Shown here: piece after piece, positions 13,890-26,482 of the stretch
How the letters are laid out: every line of letters starts with the position of its first letter
How positions within the stretch are numbered: position 1 is the stretch's first letter
DNA from: Tubiluchus corallicola
Lineage: Eukaryota; Animalia; Priapulida
Length of the DNA stretch: 64,000 bases
Direction: 5' to 3'
Assembly (NCBI GenBank): GCA_030141605.1
Contig: JAQGDQ010002368.1
Coordinates: forward strand, 62,001 to 126,000
The notes under the pieces: model-generated
The model's input: the letters and a program-made list of their open reading frames with translations, nothing else
Databases searched by the model: none
What the model was told of the DNA's origin: nothing
Program-made: the position numbers and the translations under genes

Positions 13890-16172
13890 TAGTATATTCA
13901 AGATCTTTATTGATTTTTTAACTTGTTTTGCTTTTTTCATGACCTGACATTGTAATGGTATTTAAAATTAGTATTACAATAATGTTGAGAGAAGTCAAAC
14001 ATGTTTGGAAATTAAAAGAATAAATTTTTACTCGAGTGTACACGTATATGACAGTACTCATATTGTCTTTGTTTTACTAAAAAAGCTGCATGTCGTGATA
14101 CTGTTAATGTGCACGTGGCGATTTGATAGTTTGTATGAAGCTGTTCATTTAATTTTGGTTCGATAAATAACAATAAGACTGCTAATTACCAAATTATTGA
14201 GATAATGGTTTCACATTTACTTTACCCAAGCACTTAACTAATATAATCTTACAGCCAATGTTCATTTTTGTGAGTCACCTTTCATTTAACTTTGTTTACT
14301 GACTGGTGAAAAAAGCGTGTTTTCTTTGAAACTTGAAATGTCTCGAATAGAAGTAAAGTGCGACATAAGATAAGTTTTGAAAGCTAAAACTTGTCACTTG
14401 AAGAATTTTTGAGAACATTTTGATGTGATAGCTTAACCATGTAGCGCGCCTACTCAGGTAGGAGCAAAGAAATTTAATCTAATTACGTAGTTAGATTTAA
14501 ATGGTTTAACTGTTGCTGGTATAGTGAACTTCACTTGTCTATTCGTCATTTAAACGTCGCTTATTCAGAGAGAACACCACTGTACACACAGCTCAAACTC
14601 AATACTTTTGAAAGTTCAAATCGAAATATTAGTTCCTAGAGGATATAGGACTTTGAGAGAATTCTAATCTGTTGAACTTGACTACGCCTTGAAGCAGGCC
14701 GGGCAGACCAATCTCACTTTAGCTTTAAAAATTCCGTGGCTTCAGAAAAACAAACTTACCAACCAAGGGTATCTTTTGAAATGGATGCACTTTCTTCCTC
14801 AAACAACAAAGGATATGCTGAGTGTTTGAGCTGAACTATTGTTTACTATATGGGTAGTTTTTATTTAATGGGGTAGGATTTTTAGCTGGCGTTTCAGTTT
14901 AACGTTTCTTTTCGCTAATTCCTGTTAAAGCTTCCTTAAGTGAGTTGTTACAGTATTAATTTACTTCCACTGTGCTCTTAACGTCGCAATGGCTTCTCGT
15001 ATTTTGGATAAGTACGGTGTCTTGTTTTGTCAATAGGAACAGACTCTGAACAGTTAACTTAATAACAGCATTAATTTCGTCCAAACTTTTTAATCTTTAT
15101 GTTGAACGTAAAAGTTTTCGGAATTAAATAATTCAAAATATTCAATGGTTTTAAAAATGAGCCATTTAGTTAAAGGTCAAACGTGAGCGCACAACATTGC
15201 AAACTGCTAACCTAAGGTGCTTCTGCTTTTTTGCTATTTTTTATTCACTTGAATGGGGATATTGACTCAAAATCTCTAACATATTTTGCATCTAGTAAAA
15301 TGGCATGTAAATTCCGTGGTTGCTGAGTCAAGGAAATTACTATCTGGAATAACCGCTTGGGCCTGTTACAGTTTTACTAATCACTAGAACCTGTCCTACG
15401 TCCAGGCTCAAAATCAGTTTCTTCTACGTCCTTTCTCTTTCAGCTTTTGTTGGCCTTTCCTTAGAACTGCTTCTACATGGAAATCCTTGCAAGCCTTTCC
15501 TGATTTTAACATTGGGCAGTTTACCACCAGAACTTTAATTTTAATTGAAGCTTAAAAGAGTATCTTTTTAGATGTTAATGAATGTAATATCTGTAACACA
15601 GAACTATTGCCCTCAGAAAAGTATTGGTCAACCGTTTTTATAAAAAATTTACTTAGCTTTTTTGTAGTTAATTACCCTGAGGATGCATTTTATTTTAGAT
15701 GCAATTGTAAAAAATAAAAGGGGCATGTTTTAGCTATTTTCGATGTACTATGTACTATACTATTGCTTGCATAACGTTATTGAACTTTAGTTTTTCGATG
15801 ACTGTTTTGTGCACATCTTGGCATCTTGCATCTTACGTGGTAAGTAAACTTTTCACATGTGGATGTTTTTGTAAGAATCACCTAAGTTTATTTACATATT
15901 GATGGATATAAATAAATTTATTTATTGTCACCAACACACATTGCGGTACATAGATACATAATTCAGGCATTTCTTCTGTTGAATGTTTTCTTTAAGTTTA
16001 TCGCAATCACGTATGCATCAGCCAGTTATGCTGTTTTTATTCAGCACCGAAACTACGGTCTGTCACAAACTAATTTGAATATTGAAAACATATTTTGTGC
16101 TTTCAGGAAAATGGTACTTGCACCAGTAGCTGGTAAATTTGCTTTGACTGAACACTGAGCAATAAAGCGGCC

Positions 16173-16385
16173 ATGGGATGTGCATGCGGAAAGCAAAGAA
16201 GTGCGCGTGACAGCAGAAAAGGTGGTCAGAAAACATGGCAAACCGATTTAATGTCTAAACAATTCACAAAACAAAAGGGTGGCAGTCAGTCGAGTCGGAG
16301 CTCTCAGGGCAGCAGAAGTGGTTCAAAATTTTCTGGATCACGTAGCAGTGGTAGTCGTAGTACAACAAAAGGAGGATTGTTATAA
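16173..16385 (+). CDS. candidate small basic Ser/Gly/Arg/Lys-rich protein (70 aa) with N-terminal MGCACGK
   Basis: Strong start context GCGGCCATGG, GC content above the flanks, biased composition, and a plausible upstream intron (GTAAGT at 15840 to TTTCAG ending 16106). No family recognised. Confidence 0.5.
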   Translation: MGCACGKQRSARDSRKGGQKTWQTDLMSKQFTKQKGGSQSSRSSQGSRSGSKFSGSRSSGSRSTTKGGLL

Positions 16386-18013
16386 TATATGCATAAGTTT
16401 GTAGCATCTTTTTGATGAATATGGAATTCCGAAACTGTTGCCTAGTTTGTATGGTTTTTAAAAAAATTCTTACTAAACTGCCAAAATATAGTATGAAGCC
16501 AGCAATATTCGTTTCTCTAATACTGTGTGTAGGCTTACAAGCAATAATAATAATAGTTTTTGCTTCTTTACTTTCTAGCTGCTTGTCTGTTTCTTCCTCT
16601 AAAAACAACAAAACACCTATTGGGAAAAGGTGCGATTTTCTAGCTTATCTTTGTGTTCTATATTGTACTTGTGCTCTTAATTAAATTACTAGAAACCTCA
16701 AGGTAAGATTCCGTCTGAACGCACTTGCGTGTCGACAACGAGCGTGCGTAAAACGTTCACATTAGGCTAAATGTATTTTCATCCTCAATTTACATTTTCA
16801 TCTGTTAATACGAATTGCTTTAATTGTTTATAAAAATATATTTATGAGAGTTAGCAATCATTATAAAATTGTAAAAAATCTGACAGTACATTTGGTATAT
16901 CGAGTATTTTAACATCGATAAAGGAAAAGTTTAATAATCTCGTCAATTGTAGTTTCTCATAGAATGTTACGTGTGTCTCTTGCTTTTCATACTCGGTGTA
17001 AGCAGCTTAGTGAAGAAACTGCACGTTTTTTCCTTGCCTAATAAAGGTTATGACATTTTGTTACGTTAATATATTATATATTATATATATATACGTCAAA
17101 AGACTTTGCTACACCAATTACTTACAGCAAAATTAGTAATATTTAGCGTTCTGATTTTAGGCTGTTTATTTTTTGTATAGGGGTACTGGTTACCTTCTTA
17201 ACTTATACTTAACCAGTGTTATTGTAACTTATGTTTTTAGCCAGTTTCTATCTGCAAAACGTGGGAATGTTGTCAATTGTAATATACTACAGTAATGCCA
17301 AATTAAGAAAGACGCATATAAAAATCATTGTTGACTGTCTATATAATTACTGTAATAGTTGCGTTGAGTGAATTAGCTCTCGTAGAATCGCGTGGTCCTT
17401 CATCTGCAATCTAATCATTTAAATAATAATTAAGGTGTCAAACACAATTATCATTTTTCTATTAAATTATTTTAAAAAGTAGCTGGAAGTATTTTAATTC
17501 CACATCATAATAAAGTGTTGTTTTATACTACTGATTTTATAATAAATTTTTAACGTTTGGAAAAGATTTTTGTTAAGGGAAAATTTCAGATTTTTTGTGT
17601 GCTGACTAGGGACGCATCTGAGACAGAATTTTACAAGAAAGCGCATATTTTTTCTCATATGATGAAATTATCAGTATGTTAATAGTTGTTTTCACGTTTT
17701 ATGCTCATTACGATGTTTTTTATAATTTATTTTTCTTTTCAATTTCATCGTGATATTTCGCAATTTTCTGTTAAAGTTGCAAATTTCTACAAAAACGTAG
17801 ATGTAGTATAATCATAATAGTTATAACATCTTAACTGTATAAGCACGGAAGATCAATTCTAAACCTTATATCATAATTTAATGCACAATATGACAAGAAT
17901 AGCATCAATGAATTGAAAAAATTTCACAATTAAAAAATAAATAAAGAAAAAACACTAAAGAATTATAATGATGGGAACGAAAAAACAGGACATTCCAAAC
18001 TACGATCACATGT

Positions 18014-18260
18014 TTATCTTCAGGTGAAAGAAAAAGACAAAAAAAATCACATTGACTTACCAATACTAATTTTTGTCGGATGGAAATTTTTATGTAATTA
18101 TTATTATAAAGATTATTATACTGAAAAGGATTCCAACACTTTGCTGTTTTGGTGGACTTGTGTCCTTTTTATGTGTTTATAATCAAAAATAAAGATTACG
18201 CAGTAAATTAGAATCAGTAATTCCATGTGTTTTTCTTGTTTTTTCCTTACATGAAGATAA
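18014..18260. repeat. degenerate inverted repeat (old MITE/foldback remnant)
   Basis: TTATCTTCAGGTGAAAGAAAAAGACAAAAAAAATCACATTGACTTAC (18014-18060) aligns imperfectly with the reverse complement of 18217-18260 (TTATCTTCATGTAAGGAAAAAACAAGAAAAACACATGGAATTAC). Confidence 0.5.
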
Positions 18261-18716
18261 GCGACAGCAACTGTGTTTGTTTGAAATGCATTTTCTTTTT
18301 TCTTTGTTTTTTAATCGTAAGGATTTTTAATTCATTTTTAATCCTCGTTCTCTTTATTTTCAAACTTTATATAACATATTACTGAACTTTTTAACAACTG
18401 TAAGTTTTGTTTCTAAACTCAAACTCGTAGAATCCTAGAGGACGAAATTATTATGGCCGTCTTGAAAAATCAGAACAGTTCGCTGGGAAACTCTGCAAGC
18501 TCATAGCAACAGGACCAAATTACGATAAAGAAGATGTCTCATCGTGGTGCGCTTAGAACGTTGGATTTTCCGGTTAGGAGGATGTTGTCGCAAAGTATGT
18601 CAGCCAATTTTTGTTAAATTTACAAATTACTAAGTTTAGTTAAATTTTTGTTAAATATAACTTCATGGCACCGCGTTTGTAAACAATTTGTTGTTTCACT
18701 CGACAGTCGCGAAAGG

Positions 18717-20486
18717 ATGGGTGAAATTGTTGACAATACACCTGAGATCACTCGTGCTCCATCGCCTGCACGACTTGCATATACTTCTGATAAACACCCT
18801 CGGTTCACTTTGGAAGCGATTAGTCTTCTACGGAAACACAGGGAACTTTGTGATGTTGTCATTATAGTAGGATCAAAGAAAATTTTTGCACATCGTGTGA
18901 TCTTATCTGCATGTAGTCCGTATTTTCATGCAATGTTTACTGGCGAGCTTGCTGAAAGTCGACAAACTGAGATAAACATTCGTGATATCGACGAACGCGC
19001 AATGGAGCTTCTAATAGATTTCTGTTACACTTCTCACATTGTTGTAGAAGAAAGTAATGTTCAGACTTTGTTGCCTGCTGCTTGTTTACTGCAGTTAGGT
19101 GAAATTCAAGAAACCTGTTGTGAGTTTCTTAAACGCCAATTAGACCCATCAAATTGTTTAGGAATTAGAGCATTTGCAGACACTCATGCTTGCAGGGATT
19201 TGCTTAGAGTGGCTGATAAATATACACAGCACAGTTTTCCCGATGTCATGGAAAGTGAGGAGTTTCTTCTGCTTCCAGTAAATCAATTGATAGATATTAT
19301 ATCAAGTGATGAGCTTAATGTGACATCAGAGGAGCAAGTTTATACTGCAGTCATGTCTTGGGTAAAATACAATATTCCTGAAAGAAGGGCTATGCTATCT
19401 CAAGCACTTCAGAATGTTCGATTACCGCTTCTTAGTCCAAAGTTTTTAGTAGGCACTGTGGGAGCTGATATTTTAGTGAAAAGCGATGAAGCATGTCGTG
19501 ACTTGGTTGATGAGGCAAAGAACTACTTATTACTGCCTCAAGAGCGCCCCTTGATGCAAGGTCCAAGAACTCGGCCTCGGAAACCTATTCGCTGTGGTGA
19601 GGTACTATTTGCTGTTGGTGGTTGGTGTAGTGGAGATGCTATATCAAGTGTTGAAAGATATGACCCTCAAAATAATGACTGGAGAATGGTTGCACCCATG
19701 AGCAAACGGCGCTGTGGTGTTGGGGTGGCTGTGCTTAATGAGTTACTTTATGCAGTTGGTGGTCATGATGGACAATCATATTTAAACAGTATTGAAAGGT
19801 ATGATCCACAGACTAACCAATGGTCTAGCGATGTTGCTCCAACAAGTTCTTGCCGAACAAGTGTCGGGGTAGCTGTGTTGGAAAATTATCTTTATGCTGT
19901 TGGAGGACAGGATGGCGTATCGTGCCTAAATGTCGTAGAAAGATATGACCCTCAAGCAAATAGATGGAGTAAAGTTGCTTCAATGAGTACTAGACGCCTA
20001 GGTGTGGCAGTTGCGGTTTTAGGTAACTATTTATATGCTGTGGGAGGATCAGACGGAACTTCTCCTTTAAATTCAGTGGAGCGCTACGACCCAAGAAGCA
20101 ACCGCTGGATGCAAGTTCCACCTATGTGCACAAGGCGAAAGCATCTTGGTGTTGCTGTTTTTAATAATATGCTGTATGCTGTTGGTGGTAGAGATGATGC
20201 TACAGAATTGAGTAGTGCTGAAAGGTATAACCCTCAGACAAACGGTTGGAGTCCTGTTGTGGCTATGAATTCCAGAAGAAGTGGTGTTGGTTTAGCTGTT
20301 GTTAATGGACAACTTATGGCAGTAGGAGGTTTTGATGGAACTACATATTTAAAGACGATTGAAATATATGATCCTGAGCAAAACCAGTGGAAACTTTTTG
20401 GCGGAATGAATTACCGTCGGCTTGGTGGTGGCGTTGGTGTTGTTAAAATGCATCAAAATGAATTTCCTGGGTTCACACGAACATGA
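18717..20486 (+). CDS. KLHL20: Kelch-like protein 20 / diablo (BTB-BACK-6xKelch Cul3 adaptor), intronless CDS, 589 aa
   Basis: [84 protein letters not shown] and [12 protein letters not shown] are characteristic of KLHL20/diablo. First in-frame ATG is 18717 (the track start at 18648 is TTG). Possible 5'UTR intron 18595-18706. Confidence 0.96.
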   Translation: MGEIVDNTPEITRAPSPARLAYTSDKHPRFTLEAISLLRKHRELCDVVIIVGSKKIFAHRVILSACSPYFHAMFTGELAESRQTEINIRDIDERAMELLIDFCYTSHIVVEESNVQTLLPAACLLQLGEIQETCCEFLKRQLDPSNCLGIRAFADTHACRDLLRVADKYTQHSFPDVMESEEFLLLPVNQLIDIISSDELNVTSEEQVYTAVMSWVKYNIPERRAMLSQALQNVRLPLLSPKFLVGTVGADILVKSDEACRDLVDEAKNYLLLPQERPLMQGPRTRPRKPIRCGEVLFAVGGWCSGDAISSVERYDPQNNDWRMVAPMSKRRCGVGVAVLNELLYAVGGHDGQSYLNSIERYDPQTNQWSSDVAPTSSCRTSVGVAVLENYLYAVGGQDGVSCLNVVERYDPQANRWSKVASMSTRRLGVAVAVLGNYLYAVGGSDGTSPLNSVERYDPRSNRWMQVPPMCTRRKHLGVAVFNNMLYAVGGRDDATELSSAERYNPQTNGWSPVVAMNSRRSGVGLAVVNGQLMAVGGFDGTTYLKTIEIYDPEQNQWKLFGGMNYRRLGGGVGVVKMHQNEFPGFTRT

Positions 20487-21655
20487 GCATGTTGTACTTG
20501 CTGTAAATGCACAATTATTTAAGATATGTTACATTTGTGATATGCTTTTATGCTATGTAGTCTTATGCATGCAACGTTTGCATTTTGCTGTAAGTATTAT
20601 ATAATGTAACTAGTTTGGAATAGCACTTAAACAAATACTGACTAGCTATATTGCAATAATGCAGCATATGTACCAATATACCTTGACTTATGGCTAACTA
20701 ACTTACTAAAATAATAATAAAATTTATATGCAAATTAAGTAAACTTTGCTGTTGGCTCATGATTTTTTATCTATGTACTGTTAAATACTGTACGGAATTT
20801 CTGAAAATTTGAAGTGCAGAAATTCAGGGTTTTATTTCAGCTTTATTATAAAATATTATAATTATTGTCAGTCATCTAAAAATGTTACGATTTTAACTTG
20901 TATGTTTTCAATAATACAAAAATTCATTTTTTTTGCATTCAATGAAAACATTTTTTGCTGTTTTTTCATAATTTTGCCCTTTACATTTAAAAATCTTACA
21001 AGTAAAAATCTTACATTTTGTTTTTCACATGTGCGACACTTTACAAATATTATTTGAAACAGGTGTGTTCCTATGTCCTCTCTTCTGTGTCCCTATTAAA
21101 AGTATTAAAACTTGAGTATATAACAGCTACTTTTGTGTCTGTGCCTTAATGAAATAATTTGTAGTTTTTAATTGTTTAATAATTACTACTAATATTACAC
21201 TGGTTACTCCGGTTCTTAGAGCTAATACACTTATTCATGCTACCAAACTTACGTGATAAAACTGTGTAAATTATGGTCAATATTGTTAAAATTGACATAA
21301 AAATTATTAGAGAGTGCATTTTACAGATTTGTTTGCTAAATTTTAGCAAATAATAGTAATAATGTTTTTATTTTGTGCCTTCATTCTTCGAATTCAAATA
21401 TTCAGCTGCGCAAGATAGAGTCGCAGTCAGTGCAGCAAATGTCTATAGAGTTTTGGCCATCGTTCTGTATCTCAACAAATTGACCTATGGAATCACCTGC
21501 CTCTAACACATCAATGAGGCATGTGGTTTTAAGAGCAGTTTTCTGCTATGCTGACTAGAATTTTCAAACGTACAGAATTTTTTTAGTATTGTATCAGTAT
21601 CACAATGATTAAGCATGCAGTTTCCAGGAACAAGACTATATTAACACATACAGTA

Positions 21656-22318
21656 CAGTAAGTCCTCACTTAATGACGATAATGCATTCCAGCATAATGC
21701 GACATTAAGTGAAACGTCGTAAACGAAGCAAAGACTTTGTTATATATAATCATATAAATTAGACGTTTTATGAGTTTTACTCACGTTTCTACTAACTAAT
21801 TTCTTTCTGCTTGCCTGAAACCACATATATATCTTACTTACCTAGCTAGCAGTTTCTTTTTAGTTGACATTCGACTGTTTAAATCTGGGCAGCATTTAAC
21901 AATAAACACTACAGCAGAGTCAAACCTTGGGAATTTTATCTAGGAACTTAGTATGCACTAGACTGGTGCTATAACAACGGGTTGCAGGCAAAATTCCTTC
22001 TCATAAAGTTTGCTCCCAGGTCTGGCTTGATGCGAATGGCTAGCAATTGGTGGTCAGTCGGGAAGCAGAAACGTATGTACTTGCATAATAATTGCAATGT
22101 TTACGTTACTAGTGCATATTTAGAACAGAATATATTCTGTTATGGCATCAAATTAAGTAAAAAAGTTGTTGATAAATTAAAAATTGGTTTTGGGCAAAGG
22201 AAAAAAAGCGTTGTTAAAACGAAACAGTGTATCGCTAAGTAAGAAAAGGGTGTCAAATGTTGGGCGTTGTTAAAATGAAACGTCGCTAAACGGGGAGTCA
22301 TTAAGCGAGGATTTACTG
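21656..22318. mobile_element. Tc1/mariner-superfamily (pogo/Tigger-like) MITE
   Basis: TIR CAGTAAGTCCTCACTTAATGAC versus reverse complement of the right end CAGTAAATCCTCGCTTAATGAC (20/22); TA on both sides (21654-55, 22319-20); internal GAAACGTCG-type subterminal repeats; no transposase ORF. Confidence 0.88.
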
Positions 22319-23049
22319 TAATGTTAATTTTAGAGTTGCATTGTGCAAAGCCATCGTTAGTTGTACTTCTGAACTGTGTGAAACTAGGCTTTGTGTGAAA
22401 AATATGAATATGACTGAAATTGCAGCTATTTTCTGCTGTGGTACTAACAGGTAAATTAGCAGTAGATGCAACCCCATTGTCAAGGCTGTCGTATTTTGTT
22501 GATGTTGCAAGATGAAAATAATTGTGATTGATTTATTATGTATATGAATACTGCAGGGACCAATGGGATCACATTCCAGAGAGAAAAAAATCATTCAAGC
22601 AAATAAATAAAGATTAAACAGTTTTTTAATGGCTGCAAAATAAATGAGAAACAATCCTTTAACTATTTTATGTGGTAGTGGTTAAAAGTTACTTCCTGAT
22701 TACAGCTTGGATCAGACCATAAAATTTCGGTGTCTTAAACATGAACATACACATATTAGTGAATTTAAATTCGCAATTGCTATGAATTTACAACAGAGCT
22801 TGCTGTTGCAAGATAACAAAATACCGCTGACATTGCCAAAAGTCAGTTTAATAGTCGAATTTTGTAGGACAAATTTACTGAGTTTGTTTGTTCAAGTACA
22901 TGATTTGAGGGATACGCAGAAGGTGTGAAAGTGTATTTTTTGCAACATTATGCTGAATTCACGTATGCTAGCTCTCAAACACAAGCAATCTACAGTAATA
23001 AAATGCACGGAAGTATATATTTCCTAAATCAGAAAGTCTGAAAAAATTT

Positions 23050-23123
23050 TGCACTCCACTGGGTTTCAAACAATGGCTATCTGCTTTTCCGGGTGGCTAT
23101 GCTGGTCATTATACCACAAAGGC
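23050..23123 (-). pseudogene. degenerate tRNA-like sequence (tRNA pseudogene or SINE head)
   Basis: About 74 nt with A-box-like TGGTATAATG and B-box-like GTTTGAAACC, followed by a T6 run; the acceptor and anticodon stems pair poorly. Confidence 0.4.
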
Positions 23124-24274
23124 ATATTGGCTTTATAATCATGGAAATTTATTACATAGGTGACTAGAGATCTATTAACACGGAGTTCATACTGTATCAA
23201 GACAGTACAATGTCAACCTAATAAAAACTGGCTCTACTAACTGGAATTAATAGAAACCGATAGTACCAATACTCTTACTTCTTCGAAGGAATACAAATTT
23301 ACCAATAATGTAATTTTACTTTTCTGAGTTTCAATGAGCAAAAAGCTATGTCTGAAAATGTTTGGGTTCATAACGTGCTATAATTATTTGATTGGTATAA
23401 TGTAATTTTTATGAAAGAATAATAATTAAATTTATGCCCTAAATGCCTAATAAACCACATTAAATAGTAATAATAATTGTGGCTTACTCTGAGACTCTAA
23501 CTGATCAGGATTGTGACCATGGATAAGACCGCTATGGCTCTGGCGTCTACTGCAAAGAATATAAACCACAGAAGTAGGGAAATACTACTGCGCAGTAGTT
23601 CGCGCAGTTTGTGTCGCCCTAGCGGCAGTTCAGCACGGACTGTTGTTGTCAGGTACGCACCAGCGCAAGCTGTGGGTACTGTAGCAGATGAATTAATGAG
23701 ACCATCAAAATCAGGCCGGTTAACAGGCGCTCATAAATTGCTCAGCAGTGAGTTGCAAAAACACAAATAAAAATATCTTTTCAAATTTTGCAAGGATGCA
23801 GCCAGGTAATTAGAATAAAATGTTAACTATAACACAGTTTTGTAACTTTTGTTACAAGTTCAATATTTTGTACACTAAGCAAAGACTCGAAGGCCTACAT
23901 CTCTCTTTGGCGATTTATAGCAGCTGTTACATTTTTGAATATTATTTAAAACAAGCATAAGGCATTAAGAATAATTAGTAGTTAAAATAAAAATTATTAT
24001 AATCATATCTCATAAAAATTAATAGGCTTATTTACAAAAGAAGTTAAGAAAGTTGATCAAAAAGAGAGTTTGCAAATACCTGGCTCATGTAGTATTCGAT
24101 ATCTGGAGAAATATTTTTTCTAAAAAACATTCCTATTTAATATGTTCTTATTAGGAAATATAACTTGAAGAAATATTAGGCCTGACTTTCATGTGTAATA
24201 CTTTTCTTAGAAAAAAATCGATTTTTTCAGAAGAGCAAATAATTTTCCAGAACAAAACTTAATCTTAAACTTAA

Positions 24275-24390
24275 TCTCCCTCCCCCTCTCTCTTTCTTTC
24301 TCTTTCCCTCCCTTTCACTGTTTCTCTTCCTCTCCCTCTTTCTTTCTCTCTCTCTCTCTCTCCCTCTCTCTCTAAGAGAGGGAGGGAGAG
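24275..24390. repeat. (CT)n-rich tract followed by a short GA-rich tract
   Basis: Imperfect CT microsatellite followed by AGAGAGGGAGGGAGAG. Confidence 0.8.
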
Positions 24391-26482
24391 AAAAATCAAA
24401 AAATCAATAAAAATGCATTACTTTTTTACATAGTAGGCAGCCGATCACGCAGTCAGCTAGCCTCTTTCCTCAGGAAAAACAATAAAATTTTACTCACAAG
24501 AAAACTGAAGAGACATTTGCAAGTACATTATACAAACTTATTGCTACAATTTTTTTCCTTTTCATGCAATGTTTTCAGTTTTTTAAACTAATAATTGCTT
24601 TTAATTGAGATATACTTCTTTTATTAAAAACGCAAAAGTGGTTTTGGCTTATCAAAATTGAGCGTATGCCAACGTTATTCGTGAACTTAAGAATATGATT
24701 ATTACAGTCAACGCGCCGCAAATTTTTTTTACTGATTCGCCGTTCGATGCCACCAGCATAGCAGCTAATCGCAAAAACGAAATACGTAACAATAGGTTGT
24801 TTCGTCACTTCCTCTTTGTACACTTTGTCCACTGCCTCAAAGTCCAAGATTTTGTTTATTTCCTGCTTGTGTGTAGTGTGTGACTGTGTGTACTCACTGC
24901 ACTGTAGGACCGGAAATATTATTAATTTTTTTGGTAATGGTCGCGCTTTCTTTACTTGGTGATTTTTAAAACCATTTTCTTAAATGAAATTTTGTTTTTG
25001 AGAATGAGCTGACTTCTGAGGTGGCAAGCGTTACTGCGTTATCTGATAAGCTTCACTGAGGTACGTTCTTATTGATGAACACAAAAGTAGCTAAGGTTTT
25101 TACAGCGGTTTCACTGTCGTTGTGTAGTTGTTTGCCCAGAACTCAGTAACTTACAAAATATGATGTCAGTTGGTATGTAAATATGAAGTATGTGATATCG
25201 CTAATTTGTGTAGTGACTATAACAGTGTAACGTACGAGCGATGGATAAAAGACTTCTAAACTGTAATCTAGCTAAAGCAATATTTAAATGGGGCGAGTCG
25301 AAAGCAATTCAAAAAGATTTTGAAAATAAAGATAATTTTTCAAAAGAATAAAAATAATACACTGTACATACATGTTCGCCAGCAGAAGTTGACCAGATTT
25401 CGGATTCATTTTATATTCCTTCTTATCAATATTACATTTATAGTTTACTAAATTACAGCTCAAGGGAAAATGGCAAAAAACTAAATGGGTATTAAGTCAG
25501 CTACCTTTGTTATTAGTTAAGATTGTTCAATTAGCTATTATCAATATAATTTTACATTTATAATGAACTTAAAATAATTATAAGTATGGTGAAGTTGTAA
25601 TGTCAATAAAACATGCATAAATGTAAAACAAATCAAAAGAAATTATAAATTGTCTGAGCCAAAGCAAAAAATGTTTTTAAGCAATATTCAGTTCTAATTT
25701 AGTAAGCAAAACACATAGCAAATAAGAACATAAAAAAGTGATATGATTTTAGTGATAGTTGTACATTATTTCTGTCTTGCAACCACATCTAAATTTTTGC
25801 AATTATTTCGCTGTTGACCAAAGAGAAAATTACTGTGTGTCTCAGACATGTTACCTGATTTGGTTAGCAAGACAGTTATATTCGAAACACAAAATTGTGT
25901 TCTACAGACTAAACATCAAATATAATGTCTTGTATGTTAAAAGTTAAAAAATCTGTCAGGTGTTGCGCTCAATTAACGTCAAGCTGAATGTCTCGCATGT
26001 TCACTCAGGGTCTGCTGACTGTCCAGTTTTCCATGCAGGTTCAGAAGCTATGTGCTGTCATTTTTTGGGACATAAACTACAGTGGTGTGGTGTCGACATG
26101 TAACATTAGTACTCTGAAATAGCCAATTCTGATTACAAAAAAGTGATAAGAAAAAATGAAGACCAAATAGTGATTATTCACGGCAGGCACAATTAGTAAA
26201 GTAATGGAGAAAATAATAAAGAATGAATAGCAGCTAAATTCAAAGAAACTGTTGGACTTTTTCAAAAGGAAAATACATTTATGGTTATACACATTAAGAG
26301 TTAACCAGATCACATATCAACAAAGCAATATGTGATTTATGTAATAAATGTATATGTGATTCAGAAAATTCGGATGCATTGACACAACTACATAGGGTGA
26401 GCAGTATCACAGCGGTTTATTATTTTCAGGCAGGAGCATTGTCTAACTTTTACTTTACGACTGTGATGAAAACTAACTGAAA

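Noticed and set aside
23611-23628. Second CTCF-like motif (reverse strand CCGCTAGGGCGAC)
   Set aside because: The GGC half of the core is mismatched, so the match is poor.
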